From NCBI GenBank assembly GCA_021613535.1, contig CP075492.1:5766001-5830000 (forward strand): a stretch of DNA of 64,000 nucleotides. Reading direction: 5' to 3'. Under the pieces are notes generated by a model. It worked only from the letters and a program-made list of their open reading frames with translations. It searched no databases and was not told where the DNA came from. Every line of letters begins with the position of its first letter. Position 1 is the first letter of the stretch. Below, piece by piece: positions 13,642 to 26,781 of this stretch. Made by a program: the position numbers and the translations under genes. Origin of the DNA: Adineta vaga. Lineage: Eukaryota > Animalia > Rotifera.

Positions 13642-14599
13642 ATGACATTCAATTGTTTACCTTCATTTCAATATGAACGTAATTTTTTTTCGAATTTACA
13701 TCGAAAATATTTCATGAATCGATTTTATACTCCAAAACCAATTTCTCGTTCACCTTCTCGAAATAAATCATCATATGTTGCCCTTGATCAATTAATTGAT
13801 AACCAAAATGATTCATTGACACTCAATCGTCGAGACTTACAGACTTCGCATGAAATCTGATTTGAATATTGATACTCTGCCAAACGTTCATCATCGACAT
13901 CGACGACTACCAATACGTACGAATTCCAATGTCAACATACCCATTTCATCATCAACAAAAGCAATTACGAAACAATCAACAAATGTCAATGAAGATGTCA
14001 AGGGTATTGAAGGAAATGCAATACGTATTGAAACCTTTCCTAAATTTCGTCAACAATTTGATCTACCTGAAACTCAATTTATTTCATTATCAAAATCGCA
14101 TTCATTCATTCAAGAACGTCCTGTTAAACAAGTTCAAGCATTAACTGAATATCAATTTAGCACACCTACTCTATTACGAACAAAAAAGACAGTGGATGAT
14201 ATCGATCTAATCAATCAATCTCGTCAACGATTCAATTCACTCGAACAACAACGATCTCCTGATATGCGACGACAAGGATCGCATAAAAAATCTGTAACAT
14301 ATATCGATAAACAAATATATACTTGTCATAAATTAAATATTAATGATACCATCCATCAAGAAACAATCATACCGTTATCAAAACATCCTTCAGTTAATTT
14401 TATCTTTCCATATATGCGTCCATGTCGTTATTTAACACAATTAACATCTCCATCCAATCCAATCAATTCAGATTCATTCAAACAACATACTGATTACAAT
14501 GCAATGCAGTCAATAAGAAATTCAATTGAATATGATGATGATTTACATAATCCACAAAATACAATCATTAATTTTAATATGAATCAAGATATGCAATGA
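13642..14599 (+). CDS. Hypothetical hydrophilic, probably disordered protein; two overlapping ORFs (13642-13860, 13850-14599), probably one frameshifted gene
   Basis: Both ORFs have similar S/R/Q/N-rich composition, overlap by 11 nt, and have no intron between them. Confidence 0.5.
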
Positions 14600-14887
14600 A
14601 AAGTTTATCTTTTTCATTTGATTTATTTTCCCACAACAAATAAAAATATCTATTGTTCACAAATAACCATTGAGAATTCTTTCCATTCGTTAAAATTATA
14701 ACTACATAACAACGATGAAGAGTAAAAGAGACATGTATGTATTCGATTAAGAATGTAAATGAAGACAAAAAGAAGAAAACAATCTAATGTACGTATTGTC
14801 ATAATGAAAGACGCAACACCATTAAATAAATAAAATAAAACAAATCGATAGAGAGAGAGAGAAAAGTAGACAGACAGACAAATTCGT

Positions 14888-17800
14888 TTATCTTGTGGAT
14901 GTTAATTGAGATGCTTCTTGATCAGATCTTTAAAAAGAACGAGAGAGAGAGAGAGAGAGAGAGAGAATATTATTATTATTATTATTATTGGATAAAATTA
15001 TTTACCCGTAAACGACATCTTCATCCGAATCATTTATCATGGAAAATGTTGGATTATCTCGAAATAGTGAATCAATTGCTGCATTCTTTGCTGGGGAATA
15101 TACAAACGCCATTGTATATAAATACAGATTAATTAAACTGTAGAAAGATAGAAATTCTACTGAATTTTTATAACGTGTTGCTAATTCTGGAACGAAATTT
15201 TCTTCAATGATTCCTGAACCAAATCGAAGTGTCGTAATAGTGATAGAAATCGATACAACACATAACATTAATACCGTAGTAAATTTTAATCGAACATCTA
15301 CACATACGAAAAATATTTCTAATTTCTTAATAAAAAATGAAAATAAATATATATACAAACCAAAGTAAGGCATATTTCGAAGTTCACCAAATGCTCGAAT
15401 AATTAAAAAGAGTAAGTAGAGAATATAGAAGATTCCAACAATATAAAATATAACTCGATATGTCTATATTATAACAAAGAGTTCTTTTTCTTCTAGATAA
15501 ATAATTCTTATCTTACTGTAAATTGTGTTATATCAATTGTCATATTATACATTGGATCACGAAATTCTTGTAAGATACGAGCAGATGAAAGTACAATAGA
15601 GAATATCCATAGAAGACTAACAAGAAATAGTTTTGGACAATAGAATGGAAGAAATCGACGAATATTCTAAAACAAAACATATTAAAAAAATAGACAAGTA
15701 GAATACGAAAATTTCTAACTTGACGAATGCCATGATAGATACTAAGCCAAAAGAGTAAGAGAGTGCAAAGGAAACTTGCTTGAAGAAAACCATCGAGAAT
15801 TGTTGGAAAGGAATTGTCAGTTAAGAATGTTAATGGATAAAATGGATCTGAAAAATAAGATGAAGAAAAATTTCTTTTATCCATTTAATATCTACCATTG
15901 TAGAAAACAAGGAAGATCAGTAATACAATCATCCATCGTTGTTCCAGTGACCAATCGAGAATAGAAAATCGTCGCATAGATTTGGTAAAAAGACACTAAA
16001 ATTACATTGAATATTATTCATTTAAAATGATAAGATAAAATTTACTGTTGCTATAATTGAACAAATCAAGAAAATAAAACGAAAAGCCAATTCAAATTGA
16101 GTATATTTCGGATTGAATGTGTTCAACTAGAAAAAAAAGAATGAAAGAATATACAAATGAATAGATTAAAAAAGTCTAGATCGAACAGAAAATTGAATTG
16201 ATTTGATTTTCTTCTCATCGATTCCATTCAATTGGATTTTGAATTGATATTTATTTTCATGAAGAAAATTCAAATGGAATAAAATCAATTCATTGCAAAC
16301 CTAGAATAAGCAATTTAGAAAACGAAAGTTAATCAAACTACCTAAGAAATTAGAGGCCTTCGTATTCTACTATTAATTTCTTCATTAACTTTGCACGCAT
16401 TTCTAAAATTTCTTCAAGGCATGTAGACAACTTAACGACGTTGTCAAGTATATATTAGTTAATGAGTCGAGCCTTTATGAGCCTTGATTTTCTCATCGAA
16501 AACTAAATTATACATTGAATGAATGTGCGCACACATTCTGACGTCCTTATTCAGTTGTGTATTGTACTGTAACACGGACGTCCTATCAATCGCGCAATAT
16601 GTAATTACATCATACAAAATATATTCAAATGCGAAAACGAAAAACGAAACATGCGCACGCGCAAATGAACTTAAAAATCAATGAAATAAATAAGGATGGG
16701 TAAGGGGTAAACGAAGGGGAAAGGAAAAGGAAAAGATGTGAAGTATGAATTTATTTAATAAAATGAAAAAGATTTGAAAGAATCGACGATTGCACAATAC
16801 AACAAACAAATATAGACAAAAAAAGATACACCTATCTGAACGCTTTCACATACAGAAAGAGGCAAACAATACGTAGACATACGAATAGAATGTGAAAGAC
16901 ATAAGACGATGACAAGAAATAAAATAATAAAATTGTAAAAGATATAAAATGATGTAAAAGAAAAATGAGCCAGTACAAAACGTGTGTAAAATGAGATGTA
17001 AATGAAAGACCTCAAATAAATTAGAAAGAAGTAAAAAGAAGAGTCGTTTGCAACGCTCATAGATTTAAATATGTTATTTTTTTTTAGACAAGTGGTGGGG
17101 GCACTTCTTGTCGTTCTGTCTGTTTCATGAGTTTTTTCATTCGGGTAGCTAATCAATCGATAATTGAATGTTAATATGGTCGACGGTAAGGACCACGATG
17201 TAATGCCCGATTGAACGCACCTGAAACGCCAGCAACACCTGGTGGTGGAATGCCAGTTGGTCCATAACCAAGTGATGCTCCATAACCGACTCCTCCTCCA
17301 TAAAGATCGTCTGTATATGGATTGAGACCACCAACTGTTGTTGTTACACCAAAACCAATAGGTACACCACAGATAGGACCTGCTCCTAAACCACCTCCGA
17401 ATCCTCCGAGACCACCAAGTGCACCACTAAAAACAAAATCGAAATCAATGAAACACTATAGTCCTTCGTGTTTATTTACCCGTATGCACCGAGACCTCCA
17501 CCGAGACCTCCACCGAGAAGTCCGCTGGCTCCTCCACCAAACGATGGAAACATACCACCATAACCTCCCAATCTAAAGATAATAAAATGAAAATGATTCG
17601 AAACTAGAAGAACAATCATATTGTAACGGAGAAAACAAAAAAAAAAAAGTAAATGATAAACTAAGACATACCCTCCACCTAGTGAAGCACATGGATTTGG
17701 CATTGGACAACATGGTTGTTGCATTGACATTTGTGGCATTGGCATTGGTGGGCACGGCATTTGCATTTGTGGCATTGGTGGGCATGGCATTTGCATTTGC

Positions 17801-20800
17801 ATTTGTGGCATTGGTTGACATGGCATTTGCATTTGCGGCATTGGTGGGCATGGCATTGGCATTTGCATTTGTGGCATTGGTTGACATGGCATTTGCATTT
17901 GTGGCATCGGCATTTGTGGCATACATTGAGGTTGTTGTTGTTGAGGTACAGGTACAGGCACAGGTACAGGTATACATTGAACAGGACCAGGTACAGGAAC
18001 TGGAACTGGACATGGTTGAGGAACTGGTACAGGGCATGGCTGTGGAACAGGTACAGGTACTTGCTATAAATGAAAGAAAAGAATTATCAAATCGTTTTGT
18101 AGTAAAAATTGATATATTTTACTTGAACTTGACTTGATGGAACTGGAACTGGATAAGGACACGGTTGCGGAACCGGTACAGGACATGGCTGTGGTACTGG
18201 CTGTGGAACAGGTATACAACTGCAAAACGTTTAATATAAAGAATGCTATTTATGTAACGATTGAATTACTTACATAGGTTGACAGACAATACGTTCGACA
18301 GGCACAGGAACTGGATACGGACATGGTTGAGGAACAGGTACAGGCACTTGCTAGAAAAGAGATAGAAAAAATTCAATGATAAATAGCCAAAATTCATTTT
18401 ATTTTACTTGAACTTGACTCGATGGAACTGGAACAGGTACAGGACATGGTACTGGTTGTCTAAAATAGGAGAACGAAAGTGAAGATAATTCCATAGAAAA
18501 TTATCACTTACGGTACTGGTATACATTCCCGTACTGGATATGGAACTGGAACTGGACACGGTTGTGGTTGTGGTACCGGTACAGGTACAGGGCATGGTAT
18601 GTGTTGTGGTACGGGTACTGGTACTGGACATGGTACTTGTTGAATGATTGGAGCTTGCTGAGGTGCTGGAAGCATTTGCATTGGCATTGGTGGTGGTAAG
18701 CATGGCATTTGTGGCATGGGTGGTGGTAAACATGGCATTTGCATTTGTGGCATTGGTGGTGGTAAACATGGCATTTGTGGCATGGGTGGTGGTAAACATG
18801 GCATTTGTGGCATTGGTGGTGGTAAGCATGGCATTTGTGGCATGGGTGGTGGTAAACATGGCATTTGCATTTGTGGCATTGGTGGACACGGCATTTGCAT
18901 TTGTGGCATTGGTGGGCACGGCATTTGCATTTGTGGCATGGGCATTGGAGGTGCACACGGATTCATGCCACCAAATGAGCCACCGCCAAATGAGCCGCCA
19001 CCAAATGGAAGACCACCGCCAAAGGAAGCACCTCCACCGAATGATCCACCACCATATGGTAGTCCTCCACCAAATGAAGCTCCACCACCAAATGGTGAAA
19101 TACCACCGAAACTACCACCTCCCATACCACCGTATGGTAAAGCAGCTTGTCCAAAGCCACCCATACCTCCGATGGGTGCACCGTATGAACCTAATCCAGA
19201 TGGAATACCGCCGCCAAAACTACCCAATCCACCACCGAATCCACCGAGTGCACCGCCGCTGAAACCACCAGAGAATGGACTTGAACCATAACCAGCTAGG
19301 CCGGCGCCACCATATGGTGCACCACCAAAGCTAGTTCCCGCACCATAGCTAGCAATGCTACTCAATTGTCCTCCGCCAAAACCACCACCATATGCTGGAG
19401 GTGCGGCAAAGCTAGGAGCTGCACCGAATGCTGGAGGTGCGCCATAGGCTGGAGGAGGAAAACTAGGAGGTGGTGCATAACTTGGAGCACCATAACCTGG
19501 AGGAGGTCCATAACCTGGAGCAGGTCCAAAACCAGGAGCTGGTCCAAAACCAGGAGCAGGTCCAAAACCAGGAGCAGGTCCAAAACCTGGAACAGCTGAA
19601 CCAAATGGTGGAATAGCTGGTTGAGGTGGAAAAGCTGGTTGAGGTCCGAAAGCAGGTTGAGGTGCGAAAGCTGGTTGTGGTGGAAAAGCTGGTTGAGGCG
19701 GAAAAGCTGGTTGAGGTGGAAAAGGTCCTGATTGAATGGGACCTGGAGCACCATGACCACCAGTTTCAAAACAGAATGCATTTGGTGGAAGACCAGGTGG
19801 TGGTGGTATGGGTTGTGGTGGATACATGCCGGTGCTAGCAATACCTTGAGCATTGGGTGCATTATAACCATATTGAGCACCGCGTGCTTGTGGTGGTCCT
19901 TGATATCTTTCGTAACCAGTTTGTCCATAACCTTGTGGTCCTGGTTGTTGTGTACCAACAGCACTACTTGATTGATTGTAGCTACTGGTACCACTATATG
20001 CTTGTCCTGATTGTCCGTAACCAGCTCCATAAGCACCACCGCCAGCTGTTGGTGCATTTGCACCACTCGAACTACCATATTGATTGAGTGTATCTTGTTG
20101 TTGATGTTGATATCCTTGTCCACGAGGTGGTACACGAATAACTTTGCGTACAACTTGTGGTGGTCCACATGGCTCTACAACCGTACGTTCTTGAACGCGT
20201 GGTGGAGGCGTCATTGGTTCTTCGATGATTTCTTCAACGATTTCACCTGGTTGACGGCGAATATAAACACGTTCTAAAATATCTGGTTCTGGTGTAGGCA
20301 TTCGATGTCGAACTTGTCGAACAGCACCTGGTTGATCTGGTAAACGAATGGCTTGTCGACGAATACGCCCTTGACGACGACGTAGATACATATCACCTGA
20401 ATTATCATAACCACCTTCACTACCACATTGAGATTCACCATAACCGCTATAAGCGGCATAATTTGCTCCACCACTACCAGCAGCACCAGCAGCAGCAGCA
20501 TTACCTGAACTAAATTGTTGTTGTTCATAATAACCATTAGCACCACTAACTGCTGGGCCACCATATTTTTGTGAATTAGAACCAGCTGGATAACGCTTGT
20601 AATCATAAGAACTTGATGAACTTGTACTTGATGTTGAACCAGAACTTTTTCCATTACTTTTATGACCACCACCAGCACCAGTACTGCTGCCATTTTGTGT
20701 ATATCCACCTGTTACTCCACTGCTGCTATTGTTTGTTTGTTGTCTAGTCGAGGAAGCATAAGTTCCCGATTGTTGTGAATATTGATTGTATGGACCCATT

Positions 20801-23233
20801 CCTGTGTGGGTTCGCCAAAACTATTTCTTTTTTTTTATATGTAAAAGTGTATGTGTGCGTGTATGTTTGAGAATATGAGGGAAGACTAAACTGCAGTACA
20901 CTCTCGATGTCTCTCTGTTTGTATATATGATGTAATTTTTTTTTGACAACGAACCTACTCGCCTTCACTCTCTTTCTCTCGCTTTGTGTGTATCTCTCTC
21001 TCTTCCTTTCTCTCCGTGACCAACAACATGAAATTGTGCAACCAAATCGTTACGGTAGAAGATTTTCCTCTCTTTTTTTTTCTTTTTTTTTGTTTCTTCT
21101 TTTCTCTCCGCTCAATATGTATATATGAACAACCGTGGAGATGGACGAAGCAAGATTGATATCTTCTATATATTAGTAATATTAATGGTCATAATGGTGG
21201 TGAGAGTAACAAATGTTCAAAGTAATAGAGGGACTATAGAGAAAAAAATTTCAAAACTTTAATAGTCTTACCTGAAACTTTAAGAGTTGGGTATACTGTA
21301 TTGGTAGAAGACTATCACCTGAATGTGAATCTGATTGATAAGAAACCCGTGTATTTATATCAGTGCTGAGCTTACGACCATGAACATCCTTCTCTTATAC
21401 TATTTCATTATCTTTTTTTCTCTATGACCCTGATTGGTCTCGTAACATTGAGTATGAAAAAAAAGAGGATTCAGATATCGAAGGGCATTCATATTCATAC
21501 TTGCTCATTCGAGCACGTCAAGGTTTACGGACACAATTGAATGCATCGAAGCGGCTTTTCGACCGTAGCCTTGCATATAGATGGATGATATTGAGGGATG
21601 AAAAGAAGCACCCTTCGTTCCCAATTAGAACGATGTACGTGTGGTTGCGCGATCGATTTGATCGATTTCGATTGCACTTATAACACGTGCTTTGCTCGAG
21701 CGAGCACACGCTTACACGACTTTGAGCGAGCGTTGTGAGCAAGCTATGATGAACACATATATACATACACAAAGTTGATTGATGAGACAGTAGAAGCGAA
21801 TGAATAGAATATACGCATCTAGGTAGATTACGCGAGCATGATATACATGCATTCATTCATATATGTATATATTCAATGTTATATGAGCAACGAAGATGAT
21901 TTCACACAATGCGAGAAATTAAAGTTAATTTAGATCATTTCGTTTTATCAAAAGAAACGCGACTAGACAAAATGATTTCATAACAAACGAATATGCATTA
22001 AATTAACGAATAATAAAATTCAATATGTTTTAAAATTTTATTTCTAAACGCATCTGAAATTTATTTCGTTATTATTATGTTTTTGTTTCTTTTTAAAATA
22101 TCTACCTATTTAATTTCTGATATAATCTTATTTATTCATTTTCTTTTCCTAACCTGTTTTTGGCAATGAATTGTTCGTTGACGAACATAAATTTGAGCTT
22201 TCGACGAAGGATTATTCACAGAAATATTAACATTAATTGTTTGACGAAATTCCTCTGAAAGAAGAAAAAAGAAAACAACGAATAAAGTCAATATTTATCA
22301 TCGATTTCAAATTATCATATACCATTCATATCAGTTGATGATTTCATAGTTAACCAAAGACGTTGATGAAATTTATCAAGATACTCCGATTGTAATTCAT
22401 ATGGTGTAGACTAATAGAAATGAAATCATGAAAATTCGAATTCAAGATATCTAAATTTCATTTTTACGATTTGTTTTGTTGGATTTTCAGGTTTATAGAC
22501 TACTGATTGAATAACAGATGGACCGATAATACCGATTAGAATAGCAACAAATAAACAAATAAAAAACAGGACAAATACAGCGACAAATTGTCGTTTATGT
22601 AATGCATATAGACGCATTTGTACTGATCTAAATCAGTAAAAAATGTTTTCATTAAGATTAATGGAATTGATATACATCTTTCAATACGATCACATTCGTA
22701 AGTGTTAATTCAAGATTAGATAGGAAATTTTTCATTTAATTACTATATATTTTAAATCGATGCCCTTTTTTTCTGTGTATGAAGAAATATATTAAAATTC
22801 GATGCGCTTTATGCGAATCATAGAAAATTCGATGTAAATTTAACGATTTGACAAGTTGAAATGTCACCTTTTCGAGCGTAGAAAGAGCGTTAGAAATACG
22901 GTTTTTAATGAAGCTTGACACGCAGTTTGATGTCAATAGTAAATAATGGACGTGAGAAAAAAAAAGTAAAATTTTGGTTAAAAAAAGAAGAAGAACCGTT
23001 TTACGCTCGATGAAGTAACATCTTTTCTGACTGAAATTACATCGATTTTCTTATGGATATTAGGAGAAAACGTTAAACTGTGTAATAAATTATGAAATCT
23101 GATCGAAATAGAGAATATTAGGTACTTTCAAATGTATTTTTAACAGAGCATATCATCGTAATACAAGACAAGACAAATTGAAAAAAAAACTCATTAAACT
23201 AACTTACCGTTCAATTTCTTTTGTTTCGCCCAT
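14888..23233 (-). CDS. TMEM181: Transmembrane protein 181; multi-exon with one large intron at 16301-22153
   Basis: MGETKEIERSVQMRLYALHKRQFVAVFVLFFICLFVAILIGIIGP; QRTIHCQKQ|VCNELILFHL joined across the large intron; FNPKYTQFELAFRF; NSVEFLSFYSLINLYLYTMAFVYSPAK; DNPTFSMINDSDEDVVYGSD. Confidence 0.93.
14940..14989. repeat. Compound microsatellite (GA)n-(TAT)n in the last TMEM181 intron
   Basis: gagagagaga... followed by tattattattatt... Confidence 0.9.
17171..20799 (-). CDS. Large low-complexity Gly/Pro/Gln/Met/Cys structural protein (about 1,100 aa, 7 coding exons), nested in the TMEM181 intron
   Basis: Exons 20799-18512, 18459-18408, ~18351-18274, ~18219-18123, ~18064-17672, ~17573-17481, ~17427-17171; repeats PAFPPQ, GFGPAP, GGSF, MPCLPPPMPQ, VPVPQPCP; ends RGPYRRPY*; no signal peptide. 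Confidence 0.85.
21272..21359 (-). promoter_or_regulatory. TATA box and non-coding first exon of the nested gene
   Basis: TATAAATA on the minus strand at 21352-21359; donor CAG|GTAAGA at 21272; acceptor AG at 20821-20822, 21 nt upstream of ATG 20799. Confidence 0.55.
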
Positions 23234-23365
23234 TTTGAAAAAGAAAATCTTTTTAAATCTAAAACAGAAAATCCTTCTTTCCAATCATCAACAAAACAAA
23301 ACAAAACAAAAGTTCATATCACATAATAAAAAAATGTTTTACTTCACATAATAAACTTCGTTTTT

Positions 23366-25983
23366 CTAAAGTTTACTTTTTTCTACTAAATCTGTTTTTA
23401 TCCAAAATGGAGTATCAAATGTATGTTTATTATCATGAATCATCTGATTAATTGCTTTGTAAACTTGACCATTGCTATTTCCTAGAACTGAATTAAGAAT
23501 ATGATCAGGCGGTGCAAAGACATCGACTAATAAAACGATTTCATTACGTAATTCATCACATAAATATAATAAACGTGTTTGCATCCATTGATTTATATTA
23601 CTATTTCGTATATAATTTCCTTCGAATAAAATTGCGGAATATTCTTCAAACAATTTCAATATATGAACGATTAATAATTTTTCTAATACAGCTTTACATT
23701 TATCATCGATACTATCATTTTGTTGAAGAAGTTGTACAAAACGTTGAATTGCAGTTCGCTAAAAGTGAATAATTGAGATTTTCTTTTTCTATAAATTACA
23801 AATGTGTTACTTGAATATAAAGAATTGATAATGTTCGAAGATGATAAACTTGTGTCGTATTCTTTATATCAAATAATGAAAGACTTTTTGTAAGAGATAA
23901 TCGTTCAAGTTTTCGAATACATTTATCAATCATATAACATAATAACCAATCGAATGCATCCAATAAATCTAGAGTCAAAATTTTACTACTAAACTTTCTC
24001 ACCAAATAAAATTACCTTTCAAATGACATTCTGATGTAATTGAACATTGATTTTTTTCCAGAATACTTTTCATATCTTTGATAAAATCAACACTATGAAA
24101 TGGAAAAGTAGACGATGGTTCATGTTTTTGATAAAATTCTTCATAAATCGTAAGAATATAATTTGATCCTTGTTGTAATAAAACATTATTATCTCCTTCG
24201 AATGTACATGATGGATCATTATCATCTCGTATAATACCAAAACCACTTGCTAGAATAGAATTTTAATTGATACTCGACACTATTGTCTTTCTCTTTCTCT
24301 CTCTCTATTTATTTATTTACCATATAAATATCCATGTCCACCACATGCTTCTCGACATTCTTGACAAGCTTTTTGAGTATTCCATGTACATATAGCTTTC
24401 GATGTACATGATAATGCATGAATTTCTCTTCCCATGTCAGCTAATAAATCTCGATCATTTTCATCATTTGACATCGTTAATGCATAGAATTCAGTTAAAT
24501 TATCAAAAACTGAGTATGCCAATTGACGATAAACATAAAGTGATGCAACGATGGGGACTAAACGCCAATTCTATCATGCAAAAATAAGATACTGAACTGA
24601 TTTATAGATGAGAATGTAAACTTTTTACTTGTGTTTGATATTCAATCACTGGTAATTCAATACCAGGCAATGGTCCAAATTGTTTTCTAACACATGAATA
24701 TCGAACAGCAATCGTTATACATTTAATTAATAATCCAATTGCTAAACTACAAATACCAACACGACCTGAAGAAAGTGCACCAAGACTTGCACCAAATCGT
24801 TTATTGACTGACTAAAGTAAAGAATAATTCTTATATAATTTGAAAAAATGAAGAATTTTACTTTAAATAATGTTTGATAGGTTCCATCTGGTAAAACGTC
24901 ACCATGTTTATTAAGTAGATTTTCTCTGGGTATTCGATAATTTCGTAAGATTAGAAATCTAAAACAGTGTTTTCACTTTCTTTAAATTAATAATTTCTCT
25001 TCGTATATATACCCATTATCTAAACCATTCCATCCACATTTTGCACCAATATCTCCAACTTCAATTCCATCAAATGTTTTATATGTCAATGGATCACTTG
25101 AAAATCAATCGAATAAACATATAACTTCTCTATTAAAAGAAAAATCTTACCGAACAGGTACAACAAATAAATGAAGACCATGACAGATATTATTCGTATA
25201 AAGTTGAGCATATACAATAGCATGTGTGGCATGATAACCTAAATTTCTGAAAAGAAAACAAACAAAAAAAAAGATCAGTATGATTCAAAGATTCAACTTA
25301 CCCAATCCAAAACTTCATTGCTTCGATATCCGGTGTATTTAAGATGAATTCCTATAACGAAAACTATGTATGTTTTATAATCAAATCTTCATTTACTTGT
25401 GTTGCAAGATCATAAATAGCTGTAGTTCTCATTTCTTTCGTATTACTTCCATGAGATAATTCTGTCAGAGCAAAACAACCAAAGATCTAAATGAAAAATC
25501 ATTTTTTAATTTAAAACTGAATGATAAAAATGGATTTTTTACTTTTTCATTTTGATCTAAATCAATTAGATATGTATGTCGTTGAGTACCTAATTTTCGT
25601 ATAGTTTCACGAAATACAGTTGTATGCAATGAATATTTTGCATGACATGATGAATCATACATTGTTAAACATTGTTCGAGAATAATTTTCCGACGTGGAT
25701 TTTCATATAATTCATCTTCAGTCAATAGATTTAATCGAATTAATTCCTTACAACGACGATAAGTTAATTGTTTATATTCATCAATTGATAGTGGATATTT
25801 TGGTTGATGAAATATTGTTTGAGAATGTAATATTGACCAAAGTTTCGTCTATAAGATAAAATATGAATAAACAAGAAAAAAATAATTTGAACATACTCGA
25901 TAAATTTGAGATGATTCATCATCAAATATCGTTCGCATTCGTTCAAGAGAAAACGATGCTCGGTTCCGATATTCATCTAACAT
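23366..25983 (-). CDS. ACOX3: Peroxisomal acyl-CoA oxidase, ACOX3-like (multi-exon)
   Basis: [12 protein letters not shown]; [13 protein letters not shown]; [14 protein letters not shown]; [16 protein letters not shown]; C-terminal PTS1 -SKL. Confidence 0.9.
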
Positions 25984-26781
25984 AATTTCATTCAATGAAT
26001 AAAATAATAATGATTGACAGATGAATCATAGATTATTTCTCATTCGATATTTTTTCTCAACTAATCGAATAGGTTTTTTTGCAGAACAACATATTCATTA
26101 AGAAAATTGATATGAAAGGATATTTCTATGAAAAAAATCTTCCTATTTATGTTTATTAAAGATGTCTCTAATGTTCATTTATATGTTTATTAACACAAAA
26201 GAGAATAACAACATAGATTGTTTGTTGAACAGGAACAGGAAGATGCTCACTCGCTCGGATGAATAGTTCATTGGTATACGTCATCAACGATAGATAGAAT
26301 AGGACAAACAATAAGTAATTCATACGGATTTATTTCACAGAAACATCAAAAGATCATTAAGAGAAAAGATTCTATCAATCATGATAAATATGAAGAATCC
26401 CTATTGTAATTAACGCATAAAATATATAGTAAAATTTATTTTCAATCGCAATTCTTTGTAGTATTAGTCCTTGATGAATCAAATTCTCTTAAACAACCAG
26501 CTGTTACTACCAATGAAGAGAAGAAAATTGAATCGATTATAACAACGTATTCTCTTGTCAAAATGAAATTATTAACTGATAAAGAATGACATCTATCACT
26601 AGAATCAAACATACATCATCATTTGTCCAATACCTTTCTTCTCTCAGAATTGCACTACATCATCCATCCTATTATGTCTTTATATTTTGTTGATTTCATC
26701 TTTATACAGGTAGTTCGTTAGGTTCGATTTACAAAAATTTTGTATTTTAGATTTCTTTTTTCTTTGTGAATCAAATTCATC

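Noticed and set aside
17322-20708. Many long overlapping ORFs in alternative frames and strands (His/Cys-rich, ATNANA-rich, GGGKHGIC-rich)
   Set aside because: Shadow frames of the repetitive CCA/ATG/CAA-rich coding sequence; only one frame is joined by consistent splice sites
26230-26590. Two short coding-looking stretches between ACOX3 and SOD2
   Set aside because: No in-frame ATG (preceded by TGA), inconsistent splice phase, no recognisable homology
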